Source: Eledone cirrhosa
Lineage: Eukaryota
Reading direction: 5' to 3'
Length of the DNA stretch: 64,000 bases
Assembly (NCBI GenBank): GCA_964016885.1
Contig: OZ024763.1
Span: forward strand, 28,458,001-28,522,000
The notes below the pieces were generated by a model that was given only the letters and a program-made list of their open reading frames with translations, did not search any database and was not told the origin of the DNA. Positions 12,375 through 41,861 of the stretch are shown here, piece after piece (positions within the stretch are counted from its first letter, which is position 1; every line of letters starts with the position of its first letter). Made by a program: the position numbers and the translations under genes.

Positions 12375-12496
12375 GTATATAGAGGGATATTCCGATGTCC
12401 ACTGTTTGTAAAATAATGCAATAAGGAAACGACATCATCCTGTAAACCTTAGTAATACTCCAATAACGCCTCAGCCGCCATTTACAGTAGAAAATA
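12375..12496 (+). other. Putative non-coding exon, module A (copy 0 at 8428-8549; repeated in each unit)
   Basis: Bounded by atttatcccag| and ATA|GTAAGA. Both sites are conserved in the paralog at 16492-16603. Stops occur in all frames. Confidence 0.45.
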
Positions 12497-13310
12497 GTAA
12501 GAAAATTAAGTCACACTCAGTAGTTAATGCAGTGAAAACAAACAATAAAAATATTATTACTAAATAATTATAATTTCTTACTTTCAATGTTTTTCTTAAT
12601 TAAACACGTAATTTATTTTAAATTTGTCGTATTATATATATATAGTGTTTGTGTGTTTTTGTTTGGCAAATGTCAAGTGATTGACGGGGTGAAGCCGATC
12701 GATTAATTTGAACCCATAAAATGACTGGTACTCTATTTTTCTTCTCTAAAGTTATAAAATTGTAAATTAATATCGACAGGATTTTCACCTAGAACACAAA
12801 GGTGGTCTAATATCATTTAAAAAATTGGAAATTGAGTTATAAATATAAATGTGTGTTCAGGGCTTAGATGTTCAGTGTGTAACAGGGTTATTGGTATTAA
12901 GTAACATAAAATGTCGTTAGGAGTTCAATATTTTACTGGGGATATAGAATTTCTTTAAATTATTTCTTGTACCAGTAGCGAACTGGGATCGAAACCATTA
13001 TTTTGTTCGGACGAAAGAAATATATAAGCTTAGCGCAATCTAGTTGGAGTTACGGGACATTACTGCAAAGCACATAACTTTAGGTTCCAATCTCACATTG
13101 GTAAATATATAAAAGTGACATTTAACAATTTATTTGTAAGTCGCACACAGGATTTAGGTATGGCAGATTTGAAATTAGTGAACATTATTGCAGACGAAGT
13201 AATTGTAGGTTCAAATCAATACTAGGGCGTTAAGAAATAAAATGAATATTTACTTCATGAAAGACCCTGAATTATGAAAGACAAAGTCGACCCTTTCTAA
13301 TAACAGCAGC

Positions 13311-13789
13311 ACTAAGAAAGGCATGAACGCCACCACTTCAATTAATCTTCCAAAATCAAAAGTATGTTTATAAATATTAATTTTTAATATTATTTTGAAG
13401 CTGTCTTTGTAGCCTAGTGGGAGGTATGAGAGACGGTGGAGATCCTGGTCTGGGTTTCGATCTTGGCCAGGATCTATATAAAATAAGGGGGTTTTACTAA
13501 TTTTTTTCAGCTTTTTTCAATGCAAACGTAAAAAAATCTATGGTGAAATGAAAAAATTTTTTTATCTACTTTTTTACATTTTTAAAAAGCTGAAAAAAAT
13601 TAGTAAAACCCCCTTATTTTATATAGATCCTGGCTAAGGTCGAACCCCAAACCTCGATCTTCACCGTCTCTAACACCTACCAATAGGCCAACGAGACGGA
13701 TATAAAAATATACTGAAAATTAATATATATAAACCTACTTTCTATTTTCGAAGCTTAATTGACGTGGTGGCGTTCATGGCTTTCTCAGT
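13311..13789. repeat. Fold-back (inverted repeat) A with tRNA-like arms (copies at 20955-21433, 28587-29065, 36347-36825, 44336-44814)
   Basis: Termini ACTAAGAAAGGCATGAACGCCACCAC / GTGGTGGCGTTCATGGCTTTCTCAGT. The inner stem of about 50 bp is perfect. The arms carry A-box (TAGCCTAGTGG) and B-box (GGTTTCGATC) motifs. Confidence 0.9.
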
Positions 13790-13876
13790 CTTTTTAATAC
13801 CACAAACAAGTCGCCATGGTTTTTACTTTTCTGGAGTTTTCAGAAAATATATCATGACTTTTATTCTTATCACTAG

Positions 13877-13935
13877 GTTCATTTCATCCAACGACCAGCT
13901 GATATCCAGTGATGTCCTTCAGCTGTCACACCTTA
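13877..13935 (+). other. Putative exon after fold-back A (paralogs start at 18275, 51281 and 52820)
   Basis: ttcttatcactag|GTTCATTTCATCC...CCTTA|GTGAGT. Paralogs keep catttctctag|GGTTGATTT. Confidence 0.4.
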
Positions 13936-14539
13936 GTGAGTAGATGGTGGCCCGGAAATATTGTTTCTAAACAGGCAGCTCTTTAAACTTGTGCTGTGTG
14001 TGCAATAATGGTATCAGCAACCGATGATGGGATAGGATTCAAGAACTCAACGTCAAGTGTATCGTTCCAAACGCGATACGGTAATATATGTTCTTTTTAT
14101 CAGCTTCGTCTTTTATTTATAAACGTTTATGTAGGTACGTGAACGAATGTGTACCTGTGTAAGCTTGTGTGTACATAACTATTTATAATAATGTTATCCC
14201 CCCTCACTTTATTATTACAACTACTACTATTAATAATTGTAACACTATTATTATTATTATTTTCACACGTCTCTTATCCTCAACACTTGCTATAGTTTTC
14301 CTCTTACATGTGAGATACACGGTTTATTTACTAATCAACATTTACTCGAAGATGTAGTGATGTGTGACGGGACATCGAGCGTAATCCTTAGTGTTAACTT
14401 GAGGACACCGTACACCTGTGCACCCGTATATATATATATATATGTTTATCCCGGGTTCAATCGGCGGTAACCACAGTAAGTAAGGTACTCATTACATAGC
14501 AGATTATAAATACTTAATAAATAATATTTAATATAGAAA

Positions 14540-14636
14540 TGGCTTCTACAGGACTAGAACTGTTTCATTCGGAAAAATTAATCAGGAAAGCCCTTGATTT
14601 CTTCCGAATGAAACCGTTCTAGTCCTGCAGGAGCCA
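14540..14636. other. ~96-nt hairpin, probably a Penelope-type inverted remnant (copies at 9133-9228, 22184-22280, 29816-29912, 37576-37672, 45567-45662)
   Basis: The arms TGGCTTCT..GGACTAGAACTGTTTCATTCGGAA and TTCCGAATGAAACCGTTCTAGTCCTGCAGGAGCCA pair over about 40 bp. Confidence 0.85.
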
Positions 14637-16491
14637 CACATACACACACACACATGTATATATATATATGTATGTATGTATGTATGTATATATATATGTA
14701 TGTATGTATATAAATATATAAATATATAAATATATATTTGTGTGTGTGTGTGTATTCATAAGCCCAAGTGTCTATGATGATAAGGTCCCCCTATCTTTGT
14801 ATATTTATATGTCGATGTCTATTTCCACATGGCATCTCTGGTCCTCGATGTTGTCACCGCCTGCTTTACATAGCATCTTAACTATCTAATATTTATTCAG
14901 AGAGGTTCTCCCTTCATATCGCAAATATTCCTTTCTGACTCACTGAAAACTTGTCTTCCATCATCGAGTAAAAGTGATTTACATAAAGGATCTGTCTGAT
15001 GTTGCTATGTATGTATGTAGAGACGTATAGCTTGCGAGGGAGTCTTGGTGACCCCACGTTGATATTCGGGGTGTCTTAGGTATTGTGTAAAAGCTGACTG
15101 ATCCCATCTCTACCCTAGATCTGTTCGCAGGAGATATTTACCAGAGAAGGAGAGAAAGTAGGAGAAAGGAAGTAAGAAAGAGATATAGAAGAAGAATCGA
15201 ACTCAGTACTACACTGGTACTTCGTTTCATCTACCTCGAATGGTGCTATAGTGGAACATTAACTTTGATGTACCTATATAAGTCATACCTTTTCTATACG
15301 TCTGTGTATGTACAGGTGTGTGTATGTAAGTGTACGTGGCGTTGCAAGTTCGGTTTTCATAAGTATCTCTGTGAAATTTTAACAAGAGCAAGCATGTGTC
15401 CTGACGATTAGTCAATCGTTTTTAAGCTGGTATATGGTATGTGTTTTAATATGTATATATATTTACATAGAAGTGAGTAAATATGAATGTATGGGTATGT
15501 ATATACATATATAGACAGTCGATCGACCTTCGTCAGATCGGACCGACGAAACAATGTTGCCACTGGTCTTTCCAATTGCTAATACTATCTATCGGTCGAA
15601 ACTCCAGGTGGAAATAAATAAATAAATAAATTAATTAAAATGTGTATATATATATATATATATATATATTTATTAAAATATATATATAATAAAACAAGGA
15701 CGAATGGGTACACCTTCATTACGTTTATTGGTTCGTGGCGCGCGTTTCGCTATTCATCAGCTTAAGGTTCGTTCTGTATCGATCTAGCCCGACTCTCTAA
15801 TCAATAACTTGTATATATATATGTGTGTATGTATATATGAAATCGCCCACGGGACACCCTGGGGTAATCTAAATACACAGAGTGTGGGGTTAGCTGGTTT
15901 TAAATGATTACCCCCTCCTCATATTCCCTTGTTTATATACAGTATTGTAATACATGGCAACCTTAATACTTAATAATATCGAGATGAAAATATAAATGTT
16001 AATACAGTATTCCAGAAGTAAAATAGAGATCTAATGAGAGGAGGTGAGTATTATAACTTTTATAAGAAATAAAGATCTAAAGACGAGTGAAAACTTTCAT
16101 CAACGAAATCGTAATGTACACCAACGAAAATATATGTCTACAGAATACAGATTAGTAAAATAAAGTTAGAGCAAATAAATGAGAGGTCACTTAACTTTAC
16201 ATATTTAGTTTTATTTATATCGTGAAAAATGTTGATCTTCAGATATTAAATTGTGGATGTGATTGTCTTTGTCTTTACGTGTTTGTTCGAAATCCTTTTT
16301 TAATCTTTGTCCTTCTTTAAACATAGTCTTTTTTTTAAAATCAATTTTAGATTATTCGTACCTCATCTCTGTCGTCTCTTTTGATGGAGTCTACCTGTCT
16401 TGTTTATTGGTTTTATTTTAAAAGTAATCCATTGGAACATCAGATATTAAATGAAATGTTACGTAAAAGACACACCATATGTTTATTCCAG

Positions 16492-16603
16492 GTATTTAGA
16501 GAGATGTCCACTGACAACAAAATAATACAATAAGGAAATGTCATCATCCAGTAAAACTTGGTAATAATCCAGTCTCGTCAGTCACCATTTACAGTAAACA
16601 ATG
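16492..16603 (+). other. Putative non-coding exon, module B (repeated in each unit)
   Basis: Bounded by gtttattccag| and ATG|GTAAGA. Homologous to the module A exon, with frameshifting indels. Confidence 0.45.
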
Positions 16604-16935
16604 GTAAGAACAAACAAAAACAAAAACAAGAGAACTATTCAGCAGTTAATGAAGTGAATACATAAAATAGAAAAAAAACATTCCTGAATAAAATAAATAT
16701 TTTACTTTCATTAAATTGTTTCTTTACTTTCTTTTATAAAACACACTTATTAATAGAAATTAAGCACAGCATTGTAGGTTCAAATCTTACTTGCATGTAT
16801 ATATAGGAACCACGTTTAACAATTTACGGGTGGAATGAGGTATGACATTATTGCAGACGGAGTTGTTGTAGGTTCAAATCAAGCCTAGAGCAATGAGAAA
16901 TAAAGTCTAGATTTACTTTATGAATTCAAGGACGT

Positions 16936-18063
16936 CCCGAAAAAGCCATGAACGCCACTATATCGAGTTTTCAACCGAACAAAATGTAGTTTTATAAATA
17001 TTAATTTTCAGAACGAATTCGTACAGTCCCTATAATTTGCACACACGCAAAGTTTTTGCATCAATTTTTGCGTTTAAGTCAGGCAAGAGTTATGTTTCTT
17101 GGCAAAAATTTCAAGTTTGTTTACAAAAAAAATCCTTTTGTTTAAAAAAGTTCGCCTGAATTTTGACCAAAGATTTTCAATCTTTTCACTTCCGGTTTCT
17201 GTATTTTTCATGAAAAACAACAATAAATATGCTAGAAATAGCATCAAAGCAACGCATATACATGTATACACACATAAATACATATGTTTATTTATTTATT
17301 ATGAGTACAAATTAAAGTTTAAGCAAAGAATCACTGCTTTCAACTTGTTACGCGATCGTCAGAAACAATAGTTTATTTGAATTACTTACGAACAAAATGT
17401 AGTTTTATAAATATAAATTTTCACTACGAATTCGTACATTCTCTCTGGCCCAGTGTTATGTATTAGAAACGGTGAAATCCTGGTCTAGCGTTCACTCTCT
17501 ATCTGGTTCTACATTATGGGTATTATTAATTTTTACTTTACCACTTCTAAAATAAAAACCATTAAAAAGTAAGTTTATAAATATTAATTTTCACTCCGAT
17601 TTCATAACCGTCCCAGTGGTCTAGTGGTAGACATTAGAGACAGTGGTGATATTGATTAGGGGTTCGATCTCTGTCAGGTGTACATGAAAACCTTGTACAG
17701 AAATTTTGTTTTTATAAACAATTGAAAAAGTAGGTTTATAAATATTAATTTTCAGTAAGTTTTTATAACCGCCTCAGTAGACTAGTGGTAAGTATTAGAG
17801 GTGATGGAGATGCTGGTCTGGGGGTTCGATCTCAGTCAGATTCCTGCAACCTCTATTTTTCTTTCATTTTATGAAACATTTAAAAAAATTAAATTTCTCG
17901 AGCGATTCCTGACTGAGATTGAACCCCAGACCAGCATCACCACTGTCCCAACACCTACCAATAGGCTACCAAGACAACTACAAAAATACTATCAAAATTA
18001 AAATTTATAAACCTACTTTCTATTTAAAAGAAAAATTGACGTAGTGGCCTTCATGGCTTTCCC
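16936..18063. repeat. Fold-back B: three tandem tRNA-like cassettes plus one inverted cassette (copies at 24580-25707, 32212-33339, 39972-41099)
   Basis: Same termini as A (AAAGCCATGAACGCCAC / GTGGCCTTCATGGCTTT). Each cassette is preceded by TTTATAAATATTAATTTTCA or a close variant. Confidence 0.85.
17611..17680 (+). pseudogene. tRNA-Glu-like degenerate cassette (best-preserved copy)
   Basis: TCCCAGTGGTCTAGTGGTAG...GGGGTTCGATCTCTGTCAGG resembles the D- and T-arm sequence of metazoan tRNA-Glu. The anticodon arm does not pair. Confidence 0.55.
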
Positions 18064-18084
18064 AATGATATTAATTCAAAATGG

Positions 18085-18200
18085 ATCTGAGTTCAAATCC
18101 CGCCGAGGTTGACTTTGCCTTTCATCCTTACGAGGTCGATAAAATAAAGTACCAGTAATGCACTGGGGTAATTGATGGCTTTGTGCCAAAAGTAGAAACA
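18085..18200 (+). mobile_element. 5'-truncated octopod tRNA-derived SINE with a 15-bp TSD (copies at 25729, 33361, 41121)
   Basis: TCTGAGTTCAAATCCCGCCGAGG...GTCGATAAAATAAAGTACCAG, flanked on both sides by ATTAATTCAAAATGG. Confidence 0.92.
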
Positions 18201-18333
18201 ATTAATTCAAAATGGTTCACTTTCATTTTTATTCTTCTCGAGCTTCCATAAAATATACCTTATCATTTCTCTAGGGTTGATTTCATCCTACAACCTGATG
18301 ATCTGCAGGGACATTCATCAATGGCCATACCGG

Positions 18334-18481
<148 letters not shown>

Positions 18482-18740
18482 ATTTGATCCTGCAATGTTG
18501 TGCTCAGCAATAATGGTTTTCAATTCCGTCTTCCCTCCATCCTTGGTGTGTATATAAATCTATATATGTGATTTCAACGTACAACGACAATATATACATC
18601 ATTTTTGTTTGATAATAATTTGATAAAACTAATTCTACAACCCTTGATAAACATTGAAACCACGACTATAAAATATAACAACAACCACGGCATAACAGCT
18701 TTGGTTAAATATAATTTAATTAAATTATTGCTAGAAATTG

Positions 18741-34118
<15,378 letters not shown>

Positions 34119-35649
34119 ATCCCTAATATTTCTTCTCACTCCTTAACCAGAGAGAAAATGTCCTCGGACTCGGACAATATTGATCAGGAGAGAGTGTATA
34201 TCCATACTTGGCAAGTCTTATCAGTTAACATGGTATATAAAAGGCAGTAAGAGGTGACTTGTTACTCCTACGAACGACATTGTCAGTTAGCCTTCTAGAG
34301 CGAGGGAAGAAGGCTGTGTGTTTTTTCTCCTCTCACATAACACATACATTTGTCATTCATTAGATATCAATATACAAGAGAAAGAAAAAATTGAGAGCTT
34401 CACTCTTTTAAAAGTAACATTTATTACATTAGAGCAAAATCTTGAATTAACGATAGTTTGTGACACTAAACATGGAAACACTGCGAACAATTTTGAGACA
34501 AGCTAATTACTATGAGAAGGAAAGATGTATGTATCTTCAACGCCAAGACATTTCTAAAGAAAACTGAAATGAGAAATTGATTGAAATGGAATAATTATTG
34601 AGACACCTTATAATATTTTTCGGGATATGTCTTACCTTATTTTGAAGAAATGTTTCGGGAAAGAGTTAATAAGCAGCTATATATATATATACATGACTTG
34701 TATATATATCTACTTTAATTATTATATTTGTACAACGAAGGTATAAAAAGGAAACCTGTTTTGGTATCGAATGTTGAGCAAAAACGAGCTTCTTATACCC
34801 CTCACAGAAGAATTGTGAATATGTATGAATATGAATTGAAAGATGACTAACCATGTTGAAGCAAAACAGCGAGGCGGATAATAGAAATAATAAAACATTC
34901 TTTTTCCTAGCTAAATGCTGAAAAATCTAAAACTCTAGATGAATATGTGTGATACCACTGAGAATATTGTTTTGGGCCATGGTCAACTGACATCCGAAAA
35001 AAACGGTTAGGCTCTTGAAGCAACCCAGAGAAGAAGAAAACAGAAGACACTAGAATTATTTAGGGATCTGTCTTGTGAAGGAAGATGAGAAACTTTTGTA
35101 AATTTAGAGGAGATAAATCTTAGGGGAGACAAGACAAAAATATAAAGACTATTTAAATATTAGTACACTATTCCATATAAATACCAAGACTTGAAAATAT
35201 CAACATTTCACTATACCAATGACAAACACATAGAATTACAACTTTGGAGGAGATTAATCAAACGAGTGACATGATAGAAATATTTAAAACAATGAAAGGA
35301 CTTCAACATTCAGAATTGGGGAAGAAAATGTAAATAGAAGAGATGACTATTGTATTATGTATAACATAACAATGTTCCTTACATTTATCCCAGGTATATA
35401 GAGGGATATTCCGATGTCCACTGTTTGTAAAATAATGCAATAAGGAAACGACATCATCCTGTAAACCTTAGTAATACTCAATAACGCCTCAGCCGCCATT
35501 TACAGTAGAAAATAATAAGAAAATTAAAAGTCACACTCAGTAGTTAATGCAGTGAAAACAAACAATAAAAATATTATTACTAAATAATTATAATTTCTTA
35601 CTTTCAATGTTTTTCTTAATTAAACACGTAATTTATTTTAAATTTGTCG

Positions 35650-35683
<34 letters not shown>

Positions 35684-38600
35684 TTTGTGTGTTTTTGTTT
35701 GGCAAATGTCAAGTGATTGACGGGGTGAAGCCGATCGATTAATTTGAACCCATAAAATGACTGGTACTCTATTTTTCTTCTCTAAAGTTATAAAATTGTA
35801 AATTAATATCGACAGGATTTTCACCTAGAACACAAAGGTGGTCTAATATCATTTAAAAAATTGGAAATTGAGTTATAAATATAAATGTGTGTTCAGGGCT
35901 TAGATGTTCAGTGTGTAACAGGGTTATTGGTATTAAGTAACATAAAATGTCGTTAGGAGTTCAATATTTTACTGGGGATATAGAATTTCTTTAAATTATT
36001 TCTTGTACCAGTAGCGAACTGGGATCGAAACCATTATTTTGTTCGGACGAAAGAAATATATAAGCTTAGCGCAATCTAGTTGGAGTTACGGGACATTACT
36101 GCAAAGCACATAACTTTAGGTTCCAATCTCACATTGGTAAATATATAAAAGTGACATTTAACAATTTATTTGTAAGTCGCACACAGGATTTAGGTATGGC
36201 AGATTTGAAATTAGTGAACATTATTGCAGACGAAGTAATTGTAGGTTCAAATCAATACTAGGGCGTTAAGAAATAAAATGAATATTTACTTCATGAAAGA
36301 CCCTGAATTATGAAAGACAAAGTCGACCCTTTCTAATAACAGCAGCACTAAGAAAGGCATGAACGCCACCACTTCAATTAATCTTCCAAAATCAAAAGTA
36401 TGTTTATAAATATTAATTTTTAATATTATTTTGAAGCTGTCTTTGTAGCCTAGTGGGAGGTATGAGAGACGGTGGAGATCCTGGTCTGGGTTTCGATCTT
36501 GGCCAGGATCTATATAAAATAAGGGGGTTTTACTAATTTTTTTCAGCTTTTTTCAATGCAAACGTAAAAAAATCTATGGTAAAATGAAAAAATTTTTTTA
36601 TCTACTTTTTTACATTTTTAAAAAGCTGAAAAAAATTAGTAAAACCCCCTTATTTTATATAGATCCTGGCTAAGGTCGAACCCCAAACCTCGATCTTCAC
36701 CGTCTCTAACACCTACCAATAGGCCAACGAGACGGATATAAAAATATACTGAAAATTAATATATATAAACCTACTTTCTATTTTCGAAGCTTAATTGACG
36801 TGGTGGCGTTCATGGCTTTCTCAGTCTTTTTAATACCACAAACAAGTCGCCATGGTTTTTACTTTTCTGGAGTTTTCAGAAAATATATCATGACTTTTAT
36901 TCTTATCACTAGGTTCATTTCATCCAACGACCAGCTGATATCCAGTGATGTCCTTCAGCTGTCACACCTTAGTGAGTAGATGGTGGCCCGGAAATATTGT
37001 TTCTAAACAGGCAGCTCTTTAAACTTGTGCTGTGTGTGCAATAATGGTATCAGCAACCGATGATGGGATAGGATTCAAGAACTCAACGTCAAGTGTATCG
37101 TTCCAAACGCGATACGGTAATATATGTTCTTTTTATCAGCTTCGTCTTTTATTTATAAACGTTTATGTAGGTACGTGAACGAATGTGTACCTGTGTAAGC
37201 TTGTGTGTACATAACTATTTATAATAATGTTATCCCCCCTCACTTTATTATTACAACTACTACTATTAATAATTGTAACACTATTATTATTATTATTTTC
37301 ACACGTCTCTTATCCTCAACACTTGCTATAGTTTTCCTCTTACATGTGAGATACACGGTTTATTTACTAATCAACATTTACTCGAAGATGTAGTGATGTG
37401 TGACGGGACATCGAGCGTAATCCTTAGTGTTAACTTGAGGACACCGTACACCTGTGCACCCGTATATATATATATATATGTTTATCCCGGGTTCAATCGG
37501 CGGTAACCACAGTAAGTAAGGTACTCATTACATAGCAGATTATAAATACTTAATAAATAATATTTAATATAGAAATGGCTTCTACAGGACTAGAACTGTT
37601 TCATTCGGAAAAATTAATCAGGAAAGCCCTTGATTTCTTCCGAATGAAACCGTTCTAGTCCTGCAGGAGCCACACATACACACACACACATGTATATATA
37701 TATATGTATGTATGTATGTATGTATATATATATGTATGTATGTATATAAATATATAAATATATAAATATATATTTGTGTGTGTGTGTGTATTCATAAGCC
37801 CAAGTGTCTATGATGATAAGGTCCCCCTATCTTTGTATATTTATATGTCGATGTCTATTTCCACATGGCATCTCTGGTCCTCGATGTTGTCACCGCCTGC
37901 TTTACATAGCATCTTAACTATCTAATATTTATTCAGAGAGGTTCTCCCTTCATATCGCAAATATTCCTTTCTGACTCACTGAAAACTTGTCTTCCATCAT
38001 CGAGTAAAAGTGATTTACATAAAGGATCTGTCTGATGTTGCTATGTATGTATGTAGAGACGTATAGCTTGCGAGGGAGTCTTGGTGACCCCACGTTGATA
38101 TTCGGGGTGTCTTAGGTATTGTGTAAAAGCTGACTGATCCCATCTCTACCCTAGATCTGTTCGCAGGAGATATTTACCAGAGAAGGAGAGAAAGTAGGAG
38201 AAAGGAAGTAAGAAAGAGATATAGAAGAAGAATCGAACTCAGTACTACACTGGTACTTCGTTTCATCTACCTCGAATGGTGCTATAGTGGAACATTAACT
38301 TTGATGTACCTATATAAGTCATACCTTTTCTATACGTCTGTGTATGTACAGGTGTGTGTATGTAAGTGTACGTGGCGTTGCAAGTTCGGTTTTCATAAGT
38401 ATCTCTGTGCAATTTTAACAAGAGCAAGCATGTGTCCTGACGATTAGTCAATCGTTTTTAAGCTGGTATATTGTATGTGTTTTAATATGTATATATATTT
38501 ACATAGAAGTGAGTAAATATGAATGTATGGGTATGTATATACATATATAGACAGTCGATCGACCTTCGTCAGATCGGACCGACGAAACAATGTTGCCACT

Positions 38601-41371
38601 GGTCTTTCCAATTGCTAATACTATCTATCGGTCGAAACTCCAGGTGGAAATAAATAAATAAATAAATTAATTAAAATGTGTATATATATATATATATATA
38701 TATATTTATTAAAATATATATATAATAAAACAAGGACGAATGGGTACACCTTCATTACGTTTATTGGTTCGTGGCGCGCGTTTCGCTATTCATCAGCTTA
38801 AGGTTCGTTCTGTATCGATCTAGCCCGACTCTCTAATCAATAACTTGTATATATATATGTGTGTATGTATATATGAAATCGCCCACGGGACACCCTGGGG
38901 TAATCTAAATACACAGAGTGTGGGGTTAGCTGGTTTTAAATGATTACCCCCTCCTCATATTCCCTTGTTTATATACAGTATTGTAATACATGGCAACCTT
39001 AATACTTAATAATATCGAGATGAAAATATAAATGTTAATACAGTATTCCAGAAGTAAAATAGAGATCTAATGAGAGGAGGTGAGTATTATAACTTTTATA
39101 AGAAATAAAGATCTAAAGACGAGTGAAAACTTTCATCAACGAAATCGTAATGTACACCAACGAAAATATATGTCTACAGAATACAGATTAGTAAAATAAA
39201 GTTAGAGCAAATAAATGAGAGGTCACTTAACTTTACATATTTAGTTTTATTTATATCGTGAAAAATGTTGATCTTCAGATATTAAATTGTGGATGTGATT
39301 GTCTTTGTCTTTACGTGTTTGTTCGAAATCCTTTTTTAATCTTTGTCCTTCTTTAAACATAGTCTTTTTTTTAAAATCAATTTTAGATTATTCGTACCTC
39401 ATCTCTGTCGTCTCTTTTGATGGAGTCTACCTGTCTTGTTTATTGGTTTTATTTTAAAAGTAATCCATTGGAACATCAGATATTAAATGAAATGTTACGT
39501 AAAAGACACACCATATGTTTATTCCAGGTATTTAGAGAGATGTCCACTGACAACAAAATAATACAATAAGGAAATGTCATCATCCAGTAAAACTTGGTAA
39601 TAATCCAGTCTCGTCAGTCACCATTTACAGTAAACAATGGTAAGAACAAACAAAAACAAAAACAAGAGAACTATTCAGCAGTTAATGAAGTGAATACATA
39701 AAATAGAAAAAAAACATTCCTGAATAAAATAAATATTTTACTTTCATTAAATTGTTTCTTTACTTTCTTTTATAAAACACACTTATTAATAGAAATTAAG
39801 CACAGCATTGTAGGTTCAAATCTTACTTGCATGTATATATAGGAACCACGTTTAACAATTTACGGGTGGAATGAGGTATGACATTATTGCAGACGGAGTT
39901 GTTGTAGGTTCAAATCAAGCCTAGAGCAATGAGAAATAAAGTCTAGATTTACTTTATGAATTCAAGGACGTCCCGAAAAAGCCATGAACGCCACTATATC
40001 GAGTTTTCAACCGAACAAAATGTAGTTTTATAAATATTAATTTTCAGAACGAATTCGTACAGTCCCTATAATTTGCACACACGCAAAGTTTTTGCATCAA
40101 TTTTTGCGTTTAAGTCAGGCAAGAGTTATGTTTCTTGGCAAAAATTTCAAGTTTGTTTACAAAAAAAATCCTTTTGTTTAAAAAAGTTCGCCTGAATTTT
40201 GACCAAAGATTTTCAATCTTTTCACTTCCGGTTTCTGTATTTTTCATGAAAAACAACAATAAATATGCTAGAAATAGCATCAAAGCAACGCATATACATG
40301 TATACACACATAAATACATATGTTTATTTATTTATTATGAGTACAAATTAAAGTTTAAGCAAAGAATCACTGCTTTCAACTTGTTACGCGATCGTCAGAA
40401 ACAATAGTTTATTTGAATTACTTACGAACAAAATGTAGTTTTATAAATATAAATTTTCACTACGAATTCGTACATTCTCTCTGGCCCAGTGTTATGTATT
40501 AGAAACGGTGAAATCCTGGTCTAGCGTTCACTCTCTATCTGGTTCTACATTATGGGTATTATTAATTTTTACTTTACCACTTCTAAAATAAAAACCATTA
40601 AAAAGTAAGTTTATAAATATTAATTTTCACTCCGATTTCATAACCGTCCCAGTGGTCTAGTGGTAGACATTAGAGACAGTGGTGATATTGATTAGGGGTT
40701 CGATCTCTGTCAGGTGTACATGAAAACCTTGTACAGAAATTTTGTTTTTATAAACAATTGAAAAAGTAGGTTTATAAATATTAATTTTCAGTAAGTTTTT
40801 ATAACCGCCTCAGTAGACTAGTGGTAAGTATTAGAGGTGATGGAGATGCTGGTCTGGGGGTTCGATCTCAGTCAGATTCCTGCAACCTCTATTTTTCTTT
40901 CATTTTATGAAACATTTAAAAAAATTAAATTTCTCGAGCGATTCCTGACTGAGATTGAACCCCAGACCAGCATCACCACTGTCCCAACACCTACCAATAG
41001 GCTACCAAGACAACTACAAAAATACTATCAAAATTAAAATTTATAAACCTACTTTCTATTTAAAAGAAAAATTGACGTAGTGGCCTTCATGGCTTTCCCA
41101 ATGATATTAATTCAAAATGGATCTGAGTTCAAATCCCGCCGAGGTTGACTTTGCCTTTCATCCTTACGAGGTCGATAAAATAAAGTACCAGTAATGCACT
41201 GGGGTAATTGATGGCTTTGTGCCAAAAGTAGAAACAATTAATTCAAAATGGTTCACTTTCATTTTTATTCTTCTCGAGCTTCCATAAAATATACCTTATC
41301 ATTTCTCTAGGGTTGATTTCATCCTACAACCTGATGATCTGCAGGGACATTCATCAATGGCCATACCGGAT

Positions 41372-41403
<32 letters not shown>

Positions 41404-41768
41404 TGTATGTATGTATGTATGTATGTATGTATGTATGTATGTATGTATGTATGTATGTATGTATAAAAGCTTCACGGCACAGGCATTGCTTTATATCTGG
41501 AGATCTCTCTGCACTTGTCGTCACATGGTACCATCGGCCCAGCACTATGTGTCAGTAATTGTCACAAGTGTAGTGTTTGTACCAGAGTTTTCAAGTCGCT
41601 GGCTGGACTAAAAAGTCACACTCGTTCAGCGCATCGGTAGGGGTTCTCCTACATGGATATAAAGTAGTGGCCGTACTCGAAAACGAGTTGGCAGCCACCA
41701 TGTATGTATGTATGTATGTATGTATGTATGTATGTATGTATGTATGTATGTATGTATGCATGCATGCA

Positions 41769-41861
<93 letters not shown>

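Noticed and set aside
13000-13225. tRNA-Cys-like fragments (CTGCAAA/TTGCAGA...GGTTCAAATC) and the fold-back cassettes as functional tRNAs
   Set aside because: Acceptor and anticodon stems do not pair; only promoter-box remnants are left.
15525-15552. CTGACGA/GAAA words as a hammerhead
   Set aside because: The two core words lie on opposite strands. It is a simple hairpin inside a dispersed repeat also seen at ~56505-56620.
16016-16043. 28-nt micro-exon with a GAG|GTGAGT donor as a coding exon
   Set aside because: Stops occur in all frames, and the donor is ATGAGT in copy 0 and unit 5, so it is not conserved.
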